59,518 nt of DNA from NCBI GenBank assembly GCA_018691345.1, contig JABGTJ010000062.1:1-59518 (forward strand), written 5' to 3'. Positions 59,417 through 59,518 of this stretch are shown in pieces. Both the position numbers and the translations under genes were made by a program. Under the pieces are notes generated by a model. That model saw only the letters and a program-made list of their open reading frames with translations, searched no databases and was not told the origin of the DNA. Source of the DNA: Methanobacteriota archaeon. GTDB taxonomy: Archaea > Thermoplasmatota > Poseidoniia > Poseidoniales > Poseidoniaceae. Numbering within the stretch: the stretch's first letter is position 1; the number at the start of each line of letters is the position of its first letter.

Positions 59417-59518
59417 ATGGACGCAGACTCCTTGCTCAACCCCGAGCGCAGAATGCTGCGTCGAATGCAAGAGAAGCCAGGACATGAATGGTCTCTTAAT
59501 GAAATTCTAGAGGCGTGC
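59417..59518 (+). CDS. 5' end of a truncated CDS, possibly archaeal phenylalanine-tRNA ligase alpha subunit
   Basis: Open frame MDADSLLNPERRMLRRMQEKPGHEWSLNEILEAC runs off the window; resembles a winged-helix N-terminus; product is a guess. Confidence 0.4.
   Translation, partial: MDADSLLNPERRMLRRMQEKPGHEWSLNEILEAC

Noticed and set aside
1-59518. CRISPR array, rRNA, transposase, recognisable defence system or tRNA introns
   Set aside because: No periodic repeats, rRNA-sized gaps or such protein motifs seen by eye; both tRNAs have uninterrupted 7-nt anticodon loops

Overview
Gene-dense, roughly 50% GC archaeal chromosome segment. Archaeal markers (archaeosine TGT, CTP-dependent riboflavin kinase, ThiR, NadM, DUF835, intron-less tRNAs without encoded CCA) together with many bacterial-type heterotrophic genes suggest a Thermoplasmatota archaeon, most likely Marine Group II (Ca. 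Poseidoniales). That assignment is an inference from gene content. The window holds about 58 CDS and 2 tRNAs (Val-CAC, Thr-TGT), including glycine cleavage gcvPA/PB/T, thiR-thiBPQ, a complete sufCBDSE-sufT operon with a divergent nfu, a four-gene ABC exporter, truA, ribK, kbl, citrate synthase, tatC and folD. I saw no mobile element, CRISPR array or rRNA. The best candidate for an undescribed system is a translationally coupled operon (44.9-49.4 kb) pairing a DUF835 (degenerate KaiC-like) protein with a bacterial DnaA-domain-III pseudo-ATPase and a YkgJ Cys-cluster protein. Other highlights are a circularly permuted glycerophosphodiester phosphodiesterase, a decarboxylase with a CSAD-type W-x19-S-x-Y motif, an archaeosine TGT that has lost its zinc ligands, a eukaryote-type citrate synthase, and an AT-rich, palindrome-rich intergenic region at 9.2-9.5 kb. 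All family calls are by eye from motifs; no searches were run.
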